Shown piece by piece: positions 48,367 to 58,437 of a DNA stretch of 64,000 nucleotides (the first letter of the stretch is position 1; each line of letters starts with the position of its first letter). The stretch spans positions 1,568,001 through 1,632,000 of the forward strand of contig CAWIPH010000002.1 of the NCBI GenBank assembly GCA_963837955.1, written 5' to 3'. A program made the translations under genes and the position numbers. Under the pieces are notes generated by a model. The model was not told where the DNA came from, made no database searches, and saw only the letters and a program-made list of their open reading frames with translations. This DNA is from an uncultured Verrucomicrobiae bacterium (lineage in GTDB: Bacteria; Verrucomicrobiota; Verrucomicrobiia; Chthoniobacterales; JAFAMB01).

Positions 48367-49350
48367 TCAGTCCCTCCGCTTCCTAGGGATATGGCTCTTA
48401 GATGAACGAATAGGCGTTAGTTGGTCTGCGGCGCCGATCTCGATTGAGGACATCGTCACTGAGCGCTTGGGCCGAACCGCCGACATGGTTCGTTCTAGGT
48501 TGCGTTCGGCAGCGGCGTAATCTTTGTTGGCAACCGCGACAAATACAGCATCCAGGATGCTGAGTTGGGCGATACGCGCCGCAGCGTTTTCACCGGTTAG
48601 CGGCGATCCTTCGGCTGTCGAGCAAAGAAGAATGTCTGCTTCCTTAGTTAGCGGAGAGACCGCGTAATTTGTGACGGCGATCACCTTTGCTCCACTGTTC
48701 CGCGCGAGATGGGCAGCCTCTATCACCGCCGTTGTTTGCCCAGAGTGCGAGAAGGCGATGATGACGTCTCCCGGACGCAACAGAGATGCAGACATTAGCA
48801 TCATGTGGGCGTCATCGTAAACCGTTGCCCGAACACCAATCCTGAGAAATTTATGCGCGACGTCGAGAGCAATTTGGGCAGAACCTCCCAGACCGTAAAA
48901 ATCCCTTTGCCTTGCCCGGTACAAGAGGTCCGCAGCCCGCTCCACAGCTTCGGGATCAAGAATCGCGAGAGTCTCTTCGAGGGCCTTAGCCGCTGTCCGA
49001 AAGACCTTCTCGATAATGATTTTGGGAGTATCGGCCGGCGATAACTCTTGATGCATTTCCGAGATGGGTAAACGATTGTACTCCGCTATCGCTGCGCGAA
49101 AGTCTCGGAAGCCCTTAAAACCGATCTTTTTCGAGACCTTGACAATCATTGCCTCGGAAACTCCCGATTCGTCAGCGATTGATTTGATAGAGGTATTTTG
49201 ATCAAGCGTCCGGCGGGCGAGCATTGTACTAACGACCTGAGCTTCCAGGGGATTCAAAGTGAGAAAGAGCGTGCGAATACGCGGTGCTACCGATTTCGCT
49301 TGAAGATCACCCATATTATTCATCTCTACCACGTTGCGCGGGCTCAACAA
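48367..49350 (-). CDS. RpiR/AlsR-like (MurR/RpiR family) regulator
   Basis: VSEAMIVKVSK, ARQRDFYG.GGS and HKFLRIGVR...DAHMMLMSASLL closely resemble E. coli RpiR/AlsR as recalled; the true start may be ~49323. Confidence 0.9.
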   Translation of the reverse strand: MLSPRNVVEMNNMGDLQAKSVAPRIRTLFLTLNPLEAQVVSTMLARRTLDQNTSIKSIADESGVSEAMIVKVSKKIGFKGFRDFRAAIAEYNRLPISEMHQELSPADTPKIIIEKVFRTAAKALEETLAILDPEAVERAADLLYRARQRDFYGLGGSAQIALDVAHKFLRIGVRATVYDDAHMMLMSASLLRPGDVIIAFSHSGQTTAVIEAAHLARNSGAKVIAVTNYAVSPLTKEADILLCSTAEGSPLTGENAAARIAQLSILDAVFVAVANKDYAAAERNLERTMSAVRPKRSVTMSSIEIGAADQLTPIRSSKSHIPRKRRD

Positions 49351-49746
49351 GAATCTGGAGTGTGACGCATTCGGTCAAGAGTGATCCAGGTTCGTTTCAT
49401 TTGAAATCTGTCTTTCCGGTTTAGTGGATGGGCGTCTGCTAAATCCCTGCCTCTGTAACGCCCGAGCAACTGGCCAACTAAAGTAAATAAATGGCTGTAC
49501 CAGCGGTCCAAGTGCACGGACCAAAGCATATTTTATGAAATATTACTTTACAAGAACTAATAAGTTTGTGAAGTATCGCCATCACGGACAACTCCGAATG
49601 CGTAACAAAAGGTTTTCGGATACGAGGCCTGCGTAACTTGCTTTGAACCCTAACCCCCCAGAAAAATCTCGCGGCTGATGCACCGGAATACCGTGCGACC
49701 TAGAGCGTCCACTTTTTATCCGTTCCCCAACTCCACGAATACTCCT

Positions 49747-49893
49747 ATGACAAATGCGTTTTTGAGAACCCTTGCTACGGTCGCCCTCCTATCTCTGGCG
49801 CCAATCGGCAGTATTTCCGCTAGCGCTGCTGGCGAAGAAGTAGCCGTCGTCGTTAAAATTACGGGATCGCTGGATGGCTCGGCTCTGGCTTAG
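49747..49893 (+). pseudogene. Truncated N-terminus of a sugar-binding protein
   Basis: Signal peptide then EVAVVVKITG, then an early stop. Confidence 0.5.
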
Positions 49894-49936
49894 CAAGCGA
49901 GAGATCGGCACTTAAGCTGATTAAATCACGTTTCCG

Positions 49937-50521
49937 ATGTCATCCTCTCCTCATGGTCTTCCGCCCTTCGACCTGCCCAGCTTGGCGGCGCGAGCGTGCC
50001 AAGATCTCTCAAGCGTTTTTGCGCGAATGGATCCTGCCGATCTGGAAAGACTTTGCACAGAGTTGGTGCGCGCGAACCGGACCGTTTGCTACGGCGTAGG
50101 GCGTGAAGGCCTCATGATGGAAGCCATCGCCATGCGACTAATGCACGCGGGTTTTAAATCTTACGTCGTGGGTGAAATGGTGACCCCGCCAGTGGGCCCA
50201 GGCGATGTCTTCCTTACAAGCGCTGGACCTGGGCATTTCTGCACGGTGGAGGCTCTCTTAAACGTTGCTCGAAAGGCGGGTGGCCGAACAGTGGTTATTA
50301 CAGCCCAGCCCACGCGGGCAGCGCAGATGCCCGTTGATGCGTTAATTCACTTACCCGCGCAAACGATGGCAGACGTGACCGCCGGTCTAAGTGTGCTAAC
50401 GATGGGCACCCCATATGAGGCTTCGCTCCTGTTGTTGGGCGATCTGCTGATTTTGCGCCTTCTTGAGCTTACGCGCCAAAAGCCAGAAGATATGTATACC
50501 AGGTATACTAACATGAAGTGA
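49937..50521 (+). CDS. SIS-domain sugar-phosphate isomerase (HxlB/PHI-like)
   Basis: YGVGREGLMM, MRLMHAG, VVGEMVTPPVGPGD and MGTPYE motifs. Confidence 0.85.
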   Translation: MSSSPHGLPPFDLPSLAARACQDLSSVFARMDPADLERLCTELVRANRTVCYGVGREGLMMEAIAMRLMHAGFKSYVVGEMVTPPVGPGDVFLTSAGPGHFCTVEALLNVARKAGGRTVVITAQPTRAAQMPVDALIHLPAQTMADVTAGLSVLTMGTPYEASLLLLGDLLILRLLELTRQKPEDMYTRYTNMK

Positions 50522-50601
50522 AATCTTTTTCTGACCCTGTCGTAACAATACCAAACATCATTACCTAACAGCTAGCCAAAGCAAAAGATTAATCCCCCAC
50601 T

Positions 50602-51633
50602 ATGAGACGCCATGTTCTATTAGCCAGTGTTCTGACAGCACCCTTTCTGTTAGCAACCACCATAACGCGTGCCGAAGAGCCGTGTTCTACTTATCCAACC
50701 GGAACAGCTGACAAAATACAGTCGACAGATCTGGAAAAGAGTTTTGGACCAGTACCAAGTCCGAAGAAGCAGCTCCGATTTGCCTATATAACAAAGACCT
50801 TAATTAATGAGTTTTGGCAGGATGTTGCCGCGGGTGTTAAGAGTGAGGCGGCCAAGTACAATATCCGAGTCGATGTCCAGGCCGCTAAAGACGAATCTTC
50901 GCTTGTTGAACAACTTAACTTAACGCAGACCGTTTTATCCCAGAAGCCCGACGCCCTGTTGCTTTCACCGCAGTCCGATTCAAACCTAGCTCCAGCGATC
51001 GAAGCAGCTAAGAAACTTAATATTCCTACCATCATCATCGATGATGCGCGAACCGAAGGGGCCAGCACTTACGTCGGCACTGATCAGGTCGCGATCGGCG
51101 CCAAGGCGGCCGAATATCTGCAGCAACAATATCCAACCGGTGGAAAAATTGCCCAAATAGAGGGGCAAGCGGGTTCTCCCAACGCGCGCAAGCGGATTCA
51201 GGGCTTCACCGAAACCGTCAAGAAATACAACAACCTAAATTTGGTGGCGAGCCAACCGGGTAATTGGGACCGAATGACCGCCCTGAATGCCACCTCCAAT
51301 ATCCTACGGCAGCATCCTGATCTCGTGGGAATTTACGCCAATAACGACGGCATGGCATTAGGCGTCATCGAGGCGATCAAGAATTCGGACAAACTAAAAC
51401 AGGTCGCGGTGGTTGGTACCGATGGCATCCGAGAAGCAAAGCGATCCGTTGGCGATAGCGAAATGCGCGCGACGGTAGCCGAATTCCCTTATGACGAAGG
51501 CGTACTTGGGGTACAAGTAGCTTTGCGGCTTTTAAGCTGTCAGCCAATCCCGCCTTGGGTCGTGTCACCCCAAGCGGTCATTACCGCCGACAACGTCAAG
51601 GATTTCCCCAATCCGCCGAACTTCCAAAAGTAG
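50602..51633 (+). CDS. Sugar ABC transporter substrate-binding protein (RbsB/AlsB-like)
   Basis: Signal peptide; KTLINEFW, IYANNDGMALG and VVGTDG motifs. Confidence 0.9.
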   Translation: MRRHVLLASVLTAPFLLATTITRAEEPCSTYPTGTADKIQSTDLEKSFGPVPSPKKQLRFAYITKTLINEFWQDVAAGVKSEAAKYNIRVDVQAAKDESSLVEQLNLTQTVLSQKPDALLLSPQSDSNLAPAIEAAKKLNIPTIIIDDARTEGASTYVGTDQVAIGAKAAEYLQQQYPTGGKIAQIEGQAGSPNARKRIQGFTETVKKYNNLNLVASQPGNWDRMTALNATSNILRQHPDLVGIYANNDGMALGVIEAIKNSDKLKQVAVVGTDGIREAKRSVGDSEMRATVAEFPYDEGVLGVQVALRLLSCQPIPPWVVSPQAVITADNVKDFPNPPNFQK

Positions 51634-51648
51634 AATCATGATGGATTC

Positions 51649-53196
51649 ATGGGGAGAAGAATGCAGACCCCAAGCGTCGATTCCTCTTTGAAGACCCTTC
51701 TTCAGCTTCGGGGTGTCGCCAAAGCATTTGCAGGGGTGCAAGCGTTGAATGGCGTAGATTTTGACCTCAGAGCAGGAGAGGTCCACGCCCTGATGGGCGA
51801 AAACGGGGCAGGCAAATCTACGTTGATGAAGATTCTCTTTGGCGTGCTGCGGCCCGATTCAGGCTCGTTCGTGATCGACGGTCATGGCGAAGTCTCCATC
51901 GATGATCCGCGGCACGCTCTGGCACTTGGCGTTGGCCTGGTTAGCCAAGAACCAAGCCTGGTTCCCCAGCTCGACGTTGCCCAGAACATCTTTCTCGGAC
52001 AAACCGAAGCGTTGGGAATCGTTCAGCGGAGCGAGTTTCAGGCGAAAGCACGCGAGATTCTCAAACCCTTGGCACCACGGCTTCCCGTCACAGCTCGTGT
52101 TTCTTCCCTCGGCATGGCCGAGTTGCAAGTAGTCGAAATAGCACGAACGCTGGCGGGCGGCGGCAAAATCATCGCCTTCGACGAACCGACTTCCAGCTTG
52201 ACGCCTGCGGAGCGAGACGGCCTGTTTGCACTCATTCGGCAACTGAAGAGCGATGGGAAGGGGATCATTTACATTTCCCACCGGGTCCCGGAAGTCTATG
52301 CGATCAGCGATCGGGTTACCGTGCTCCGAGATGGTCGGGTGGTAGCTAGCCGAGCGACTAACGAGGTAAGCCCGAGCGAACTGATTAACTTGATCGCCGG
52401 ACGGCGGCTAGCAGACGAGTTGCAGCACCCGGTGAAAAAGAGCGTGCGCCCGAGCGCTACAGAAGCGCTGAGGCTCCAAGGCATTTCTGTTGCCGGGAAA
52501 TTGCACGGCATCGACTTGACCGTGCGCAGCGGCGAAATCTTTGGCCTTGCCGGGTTAGTCGGTTCCGGAAGGACGGAGCTCGTCCGATGCATTTTTGGCG
52601 CCGATCGCAAGGATACGGGTAGGATCTACGTGAAGGGAAAATCGATCGAGATCCGGCAACCTTCCGACGCGATGTCCGCCGGAATCGCCCTGATTCCGGA
52701 AGACCGCCGCAAACAGGCGCTCGTGCCTGTCATGGACGTGGAACGAAATTTTGGCTTGGCCAATTATCGGCGTTATGCGCCGTATGGATTATTACGGCTC
52801 AAACAACGACGTCAGGAAGCTGAACGCTACATTGAGGAAATGGCGATTCGCCCGCGGCGCGCGGGCGTGCGGATGCGCAACCTTTCCGGCGGCAATCAAC
52901 AGAAAGTAATTATCGCCCGTTGGCTTCAGTCAGGTGCGAGGATTTTTCTCTTCGATGAGCCGACCCGAGGCATCGACGTCGGCGCCAAATTCGAAATCCA
53001 CCAACTCATGCGCCGCTTGGCAGAGGAAGGCTGCGCCCTCTTGGTAGTCTCGTCTGAACTACCTGAGATCTTGGCCCTTTGCGATCGGGTGGGGGTGATG
53101 CGGGAGGGTCGTTTAGTCCACATGATCGACGACTGTTCCGGGTTAACGGAAGATTTACTTATGAAATACGCCAGCGGCGAGGTTTCCGTTGTATGA
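51649..53196 (+). CDS. Sugar ABC transporter ATP-binding protein (RbsA-like)
   Basis: GENGAGKST, FDEPTSSL, LSGGNQQKV and DEPTRGIDVG motifs. Confidence 0.95.
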   Translation: MGRRMQTPSVDSSLKTLLQLRGVAKAFAGVQALNGVDFDLRAGEVHALMGENGAGKSTLMKILFGVLRPDSGSFVIDGHGEVSIDDPRHALALGVGLVSQEPSLVPQLDVAQNIFLGQTEALGIVQRSEFQAKAREILKPLAPRLPVTARVSSLGMAELQVVEIARTLAGGGKIIAFDEPTSSLTPAERDGLFALIRQLKSDGKGIIYISHRVPEVYAISDRVTVLRDGRVVASRATNEVSPSELINLIAGRRLADELQHPVKKSVRPSATEALRLQGISVAGKLHGIDLTVRSGEIFGLAGLVGSGRTELVRCIFGADRKDTGRIYVKGKSIEIRQPSDAMSAGIALIPEDRRKQALVPVMDVERNFGLANYRRYAPYGLLRLKQRRQEAERYIEEMAIRPRRAGVRMRNLSGGNQQKVIIARWLQSGARIFLFDEPTRGIDVGAKFEIHQLMRRLAEEGCALLVVSSELPEILALCDRVGVMREGRLVHMIDDCSGLTEDLLMKYASGEVSVV

Positions 53197-54185
53197 CAAA
53201 CGATCGGATCCCGCCGCTTACGGCGCCCACTCAGGCGTCGGTCTCAACTCAGCGAGAAAAAGTCAGCCTGGAATTGGTTAGACGCGCCAGTGTTGTCGTT
53301 GGGGTTGGACTGCTTTTCATTACTTTCTCCATCCTCACCAGCAGTTTCTATCAGCCGGCCAATCTTCTCGACATCCTGCTGCAATCCTCGATCAACGCCA
53401 TGATTGCTGTTGGCATGACGCTGGTCGTGATGACTCGCGGCATCGACCTTTCGGTCGGGTCGGTAGTGGGTCTCACAAGCATGATCACCGCCAGTTTCCT
53501 GCACCAGAATCTCTTCCTTGGGATAGCGGCCGGGATTTTGTTAGGCGTGGTTTGCGGTTTGGTTAACGGCATCCTGATCGCCAAGCTCAAGCTGCCTGAC
53601 TTTATCGTGACGCTCGGCATGCTCAGCATCTACCGCGGTGCGGCCCTGATCTACACGGACGGCAAACCAATTTATGGCATCGATAAAACGTTTCGAGCCA
53701 TCTTCGCCGGTGAACTGGTTGGCATTCCCACACCAGTGATCCTTGCCCTGGCAATCGCGTTTCTGGCCTTCATGCTCGTGCGGTACACGGCTCTCGGAGA
53801 GCAGATCATCGCCGTTGGCGGTAATGAAGAAGCAGCCAGGCTTTCCGGGATCAACATCGATGGGGTAAAGATTTCCGTTTATGCCATTTCCGGGCTGCTT
53901 GCCAGCCTTGCCGGTTTCGTCTTGATTGGGCGGATCGGCGCAGCTGAACCGATTGGCGGCACCGGCTTCGAGTTGCAGGCGATCGGCGCGGCTGTGATCG
54001 GTGGCGCGAGCTTGTTCGGCGGAGAGGGGAACCCTTTGGGGTCGCTCATCGGCGCTTTGACCCTGGGTGCGATGCAGAACGGCTTGACGTTGATAAACGT
54101 CCCGTCGTTCTGGCAGTACGTGGCGACCGGCGCGGTCGTGATCCTGGCTGTGTTTGTCGACCAGGCCACTCGAAAACGACAATGA
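53193..54185 (+). CDS. Sugar ABC transporter permease (RbsC-like)
   Basis: GIDLSVGS, VGGNEEAARLSGI and IGAAVIGGASLFGG motifs; ATGA overlap with the ATPase gene. Confidence 0.93.
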   Translation: MTNDRIPPLTAPTQASVSTQREKVSLELVRRASVVVGVGLLFITFSILTSSFYQPANLLDILLQSSINAMIAVGMTLVVMTRGIDLSVGSVVGLTSMITASFLHQNLFLGIAAGILLGVVCGLVNGILIAKLKLPDFIVTLGMLSIYRGAALIYTDGKPIYGIDKTFRAIFAGELVGIPTPVILALAIAFLAFMLVRYTALGEQIIAVGGNEEAARLSGINIDGVKISVYAISGLLASLAGFVLIGRIGAAEPIGGTGFELQAIGAAVIGGASLFGGEGNPLGSLIGALTLGAMQNGLTLINVPSFWQYVATGAVVILAVFVDQATRKRQ

Positions 54186-55105
54186 GAGGCGAGGAATCAG
54201 GCATGCCAGGCGCAGAACCGATAATTGATCCACACCATCATCTTTGGGATCTACAGCGAAACAAGTATCCTTGGCTGCAGGAGCGCCCTCTCTCGCCACG
54301 TCTGGAAGGCGACATTGAGCCTATCGCCAAGGATTATCTGATTGGGGATTATCAAGCGGATATCCGCAACCAGAACGTTGTTAAATCGGTGCATGTCGAA
54401 TCCGGCTGGGATCCATCAGATCCAGTTGGCGAAACAGAGTGGTTACAACAGCTTTCCGATAAACACGGTTATCCCCACGGAATCGTAGCCCGTGCGGCTT
54501 TAGACGCGCCCGATGTCGAACAGATCTTGGAAAACCACGCACGTTACAAAAATATTCGGGGCATTCGACACATCGTTAATTGGCATCGTGACCCGGTCAA
54601 AACCTATGTGGACCGCCCTGATCTCATCAGCACCAAAGCATGGCGGCGTGGTTTCAGCCTTCTTCGACGTTTTGGGTTTTCCTTCGACCTCCAGCTTTAC
54701 CCGTCTCAGATGAGCGATGCTGCCGAACTAGCGCATTCCTACCCTGACATCCTGATCATTCTCAATCACTCCGGAATGCCAGTTGATCGGGACAATGAAG
54801 GAATTCGCATCTGGCGAAGCGGAATGCGAGAACTAGCCGCTGCTAGCAATGTCGTTGTCAAGATCTCAGGGGTAGGCGCCGTCGACTGGAATTGGACAGT
54901 TGATACCATTCGTCCTTTCGTCCTGCAAACGATCGAGATCTTCGGCGTCGACCGATGCATGTTCGCCAGCAACTTCCCCGTAGATAAGTTATATAGCGAC
55001 TTCGATAGACTTTACGCGTCTTTTCACGAGATCACAAAACACTTTAACCGGTACGAGCGGTTGGCGCTGTTTCACGATAACGCGGCGCGCTATTACCGTC
55101 TCTGA
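54182..55105 (+). CDS. Amidohydrolase-2 family (sugar-lactonase-like)
   Basis: IIDPHHHLWD, LNHSGMP, VVKISG and MFASNFPVD motifs. Confidence 0.85.
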   Translation: MRGEESGMPGAEPIIDPHHHLWDLQRNKYPWLQERPLSPRLEGDIEPIAKDYLIGDYQADIRNQNVVKSVHVESGWDPSDPVGETEWLQQLSDKHGYPHGIVARAALDAPDVEQILENHARYKNIRGIRHIVNWHRDPVKTYVDRPDLISTKAWRRGFSLLRRFGFSFDLQLYPSQMSDAAELAHSYPDILIILNHSGMPVDRDNEGIRIWRSGMRELAAASNVVVKISGVGAVDWNWTVDTIRPFVLQTIEIFGVDRCMFASNFPVDKLYSDFDRLYASFHEITKHFNRYERLALFHDNAARYYRL

Positions 55106-55172
55106 GAAGTCTGATCTTGTTGATACCTAGTAACACACAATACCTGCCTAGAGACCATAACATTTTTACCCT

Positions 55173-56210
55173 ATGAACTATGCGGCCAGACTAAACTCGT
55201 TTGCGGCGCGACCCGAACTTTGCTGGGGAGCGGTTAGGTACAAGCCGAGCACGCTGGAGTTAATTGAGCGGGCGAGTCAAGTCCGTGGACTCTCGGCCAT
55301 CGATTTGAATTTCCCGGATCATTTTACTGATGTCGGACCTCAACAAATCGCTTCCTTTGCTGGCGATCGGGGTTTGAGGATCAACGGAATTGCCATGCGT
55401 TATTACACCGATCATGGGTTCAAACTCGGGGCTTTCACCAATCCTGATCCACGTGTGCGCAGAGAAGCTATTGATTTGACCAAGAGAGGACTTGACCTTC
55501 TTGGGGAAACCGAGGGGAATCTACTTACGGTGTGGCTGGGGCAGGATGGTTGGGATTATCCTTTCCAGGTTGATTACGAGGGCCTCTGGGAATTGGAAAT
55601 AGAAGCTATTCGAGAGGTTGCTGAATACAATCCGCGCGTAATGGTGAGCATTGAATATAAGCCAAGCGAGCCGCGCGCTTTTAGCCTGTTGGCTAACCTC
55701 GCGATGACGCTGCTCGCTATCAGAAAAGCCGGTCGCCCAAACCTCGGGGTCACTCTAGATTTTGCTCACGTTCTTTATGCCGGTGAACAACCAGCGTGTG
55801 CGGCCGCGTTGATTCAGCGCGAGAGCCGGCTATTAGGTATTCATCTAAACGATGGATATGGCCGTCGCGATGATGGATTGATGGTTGGTAGCGTCAGCCT
55901 AGCACAGACACTGGAGCTACTGTTTCAGGTCATCCAAAAGGGATTCGATGGGGTTATTTATTTTGACACCTTCCCCGATCTAAGTGGCTTGGATCCGGTG
56001 CATGAATGCCAGAACAACATCGCCATGGTGGACACCCTCCGCGAAGTGGTTCGCCGATTAGTGGAACGACCGGACTTGCTTGAAGCAATCAGCCGCCACG
56101 ATGCGGTTGTCAGTCAGGATCTCGTTCGACGAGCCATCTTTGGCACTCTAGGAGCAGCTAACGAACCTTTTAGAGAGACCACTTTGGCCCAATCCAAGTT
56201 AGGAACCTGA
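55173..56210 (+). CDS. Xylose-isomerase-like TIM-barrel sugar isomerase
   Basis: GAFTNPD, WLGQDG, IEYKPSEPR, TLDFAH, HLNDGY..DDGL and YFDTFP motifs. Confidence 0.85.
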   Translation: MNYAARLNSFAARPELCWGAVRYKPSTLELIERASQVRGLSAIDLNFPDHFTDVGPQQIASFAGDRGLRINGIAMRYYTDHGFKLGAFTNPDPRVRREAIDLTKRGLDLLGETEGNLLTVWLGQDGWDYPFQVDYEGLWELEIEAIREVAEYNPRVMVSIEYKPSEPRAFSLLANLAMTLLAIRKAGRPNLGVTLDFAHVLYAGEQPACAAALIQRESRLLGIHLNDGYGRRDDGLMVGSVSLAQTLELLFQVIQKGFDGVIYFDTFPDLSGLDPVHECQNNIAMVDTLREVVRRLVERPDLLEAISRHDAVVSQDLVRRAIFGTLGAANEPFRETTLAQSKLGT

Positions 56211-56277
56211 TGCAAATATTTCATTTGATTAGCGCGATTAACACACAGTTAACGCTTAAGTCAGAGAGGACACGATT

Positions 56278-57027
56278 ATGTTGTTGCAAGAGCAAGTAGT
56301 CGTCATCTCCGGTGCGGCGACTAAAAGAGGTATTGGATTAGCAACAGCTCACCTTTTCGCGGAACACGGGGCGACAGTGGCTATTCTAGATCTAGCGGGG
56401 GCTGATCCGGCACAAATAGCACCAACCATTGGAGAGACACATCGAGGTTATGTTTGTGATGTAACCAAGAAAGATCAATGCGAACGCGTAGCTCGAGAGA
56501 TCATCGAAGATCTCGGGGCAGTGGACGTCTTGATAAACAATGCGGGAATTACCCAGCCCATTCGCATCATGGATATTCAGCCTCATAATTACGATGCGGT
56601 TTTGGATGTCAGCCTCAGGGGAATGTTATATCTTTCTCAGGCCTTCATTCCACACATGATTAGCCGTGGAAAAGGATCAATCGCTTCAACCTCGTCTGTT
56701 TCAGCATTGACGGGCGGAGGGTTCTTTGGCGGTCCGCATTACTCCGCGGCGAAAGCTGGAATGCTCGGCCTGACTAAGGACATGGCTCGCGAGCTTGCGC
56801 CGAAAGGCATCCGAGTAAACGCAGTCGCGCCGGGCATGGTGGACACTGACATCCGAGGCGACAAAATGAGCCAAGAAATATTTGACAAAATCCTTGGCAC
56901 GATCCCAATGGGACGCATCGCGAGCCCGCGGGAGATCGCGAGCGTTTTTCTCTTCCTGGCATCGGACCTTTCCTCGTTTGTGACGGGGGCGACGATCGAC
57001 GTAAACGGCGGGATGTTTATCCATTGA
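56278..57027 (+). CDS. SDR family oxidoreductase
   Basis: GAATKRGIG, NNAG, YSAAKAG and VTGATIDVNGG motifs. Confidence 0.92.
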   Translation: MLLQEQVVVISGAATKRGIGLATAHLFAEHGATVAILDLAGADPAQIAPTIGETHRGYVCDVTKKDQCERVAREIIEDLGAVDVLINNAGITQPIRIMDIQPHNYDAVLDVSLRGMLYLSQAFIPHMISRGKGSIASTSSVSALTGGGFFGGPHYSAAKAGMLGLTKDMARELAPKGIRVNAVAPGMVDTDIRGDKMSQEIFDKILGTIPMGRIASPREIASVFLFLASDLSSFVTGATIDVNGGMFIH

Positions 57028-57201
57028 TCAAACAAGCGCTCATGCTGGAGTTAATAGACCTTGTTGCATATCGTTTGGTGTCAGCGAATCCCCGTTTAAA
57101 CTTGGTAAGGCGAGACGGCCAACACCAAGAAAACCGTAAAGAAACGAATTCAGGCGCGAGTCGTTCTCCGGGTTAACCAGCTCAGGGGTCGATGCAAACG
57201 T

Positions 57202-58227
57202 ATGACCACCAAAATCGACCTTCATAGTAACACGTTGTGGCTCGCCGCAGACGAGCTTAAGGCGACTCAGTCCGAAGCAGAAGTCGCGGTGGTCGGAAGC
57301 CTTCACTTAGACATCCTGGTAAATGCCCCGGACCGACCAAAGAAGGACGAAACGCTGCCCGGAACTGCCTGGAGAAATAAGGCTGGCGGCAAGGGCGGCA
57401 ATCAAGCCGTTGCCGCTTCTCAATTCGGAGCCCGAACGGCGATGATCGGCCGGGTGGGCAGCGATGATTTTGGCGAACGGCTTTTGGCTCATCTGAGCGG
57501 CCATGGCGTTGATATAAGCCACGTTCGTCTTGATCATGAATCGGATTCCGGGATGAGCGTGGCGATTATCGATAAGGATGGCGACTATGGAGCAGTCATT
57601 GTTTCGGGAGCGAACCTGCGCATCAGTGCCGCAGATGTAGAGGATGCTGAGGAAGTTTTCAAAAAGGCTAAAGTGCTTGTACTTCAGAATGAAATTTCTA
57701 ACGCGACAAATGTTGCCGCAGCTGAGCTGGCAAAGCGGCATCATACGTACGTTATCTTAAACGCGGCCCCTGCTCGGCCGATGGAGAGCGTGTTGTCCAA
57801 AAACATAGATCTTCTCGTCGTCAATGCTCTGGAAGCGGAGATGCTTAGCGGTATTCCAGTCACAGATTCGTTGACTGCTGGCGCTGCTGCCGAAACGCTG
57901 CGCGAAACCGCAGCACAGGTTGTAGTCACCGCTGGTGCTTCTGGTCTAGCGATCGCTACGCACCAAGGGGATTCCATTCTTGAGGCTGCTTATCCCGTCC
58001 AGCCAATTGATACGCATGGAGCCGGCGACACATTCATTGGTGCGCTAGCCGCCCGCCTCGCTGTAGGGACGCCACTCTTGGAAGCCGCTCGTTTTGCAAA
58101 TGCCGCCGCTGCGCTTTTTGTGAGCGCGCATCCTGACGATAGAGGAAATCTAACCCCTACATTAGTCGCGCAGTTTGTCGCCAACTACCACTCTGGCTCT
58201 ACTATTCATACTGAGCAAGGGGCCTAA
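57202..58227 (+). CDS. Ribokinase / PfkB family sugar kinase
   Basis: GGKGGNQAVAA, ILNAAPA and DTHGAGDTFIG motifs. Confidence 0.9.
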   Translation: MTTKIDLHSNTLWLAADELKATQSEAEVAVVGSLHLDILVNAPDRPKKDETLPGTAWRNKAGGKGGNQAVAASQFGARTAMIGRVGSDDFGERLLAHLSGHGVDISHVRLDHESDSGMSVAIIDKDGDYGAVIVSGANLRISAADVEDAEEVFKKAKVLVLQNEISNATNVAAAELAKRHHTYVILNAAPARPMESVLSKNIDLLVVNALEAEMLSGIPVTDSLTAGAAAETLRETAAQVVVTAGASGLAIATHQGDSILEAAYPVQPIDTHGAGDTFIGALAARLAVGTPLLEAARFANAAAALFVSAHPDDRGNLTPTLVAQFVANYHSGSTIHTEQGA

Positions 58228-58277
58228 ACGGTGGGTAACAATCCAGATCTTCTCGAGAGAAAAGAACGTCGTCGTAG

Positions 58278-58309
58278 CTGGGTTGTAGGTTCGATTCCTC
58301 CACGGTGCA
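58278..58309 (+). repeat. att-like direct repeat of the tRNA-Lys 3' end (32 bp, 1 mismatch)
   Basis: CTGGGTTGTAGGTTCGATTCCTCCACGGTGCA versus 17946-17977. Confidence 0.9.
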
Positions 58310-58437
58310 AATCTTTGATCGCAAACCTTACAAGACCAAGAGAAAATGGTCCTCGATTCATTAGCAACCCAGGAGGGTCCAAACGGTTTGCAGCCCTCTC
58401 TCTGACCCTCCTGGTTCATTTTATGTCTCTGATTCGA

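Larger units (their letters stand above)
38552..58309. mobile_element. Putative tRNA-Lys-integrated island 2 (no integrase seen)
   Basis: Bounded by att-like copies at 38534-38551 and 58278-58309; carries a TA pair, gene fragments and a catabolic operon. Confidence 0.65.
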
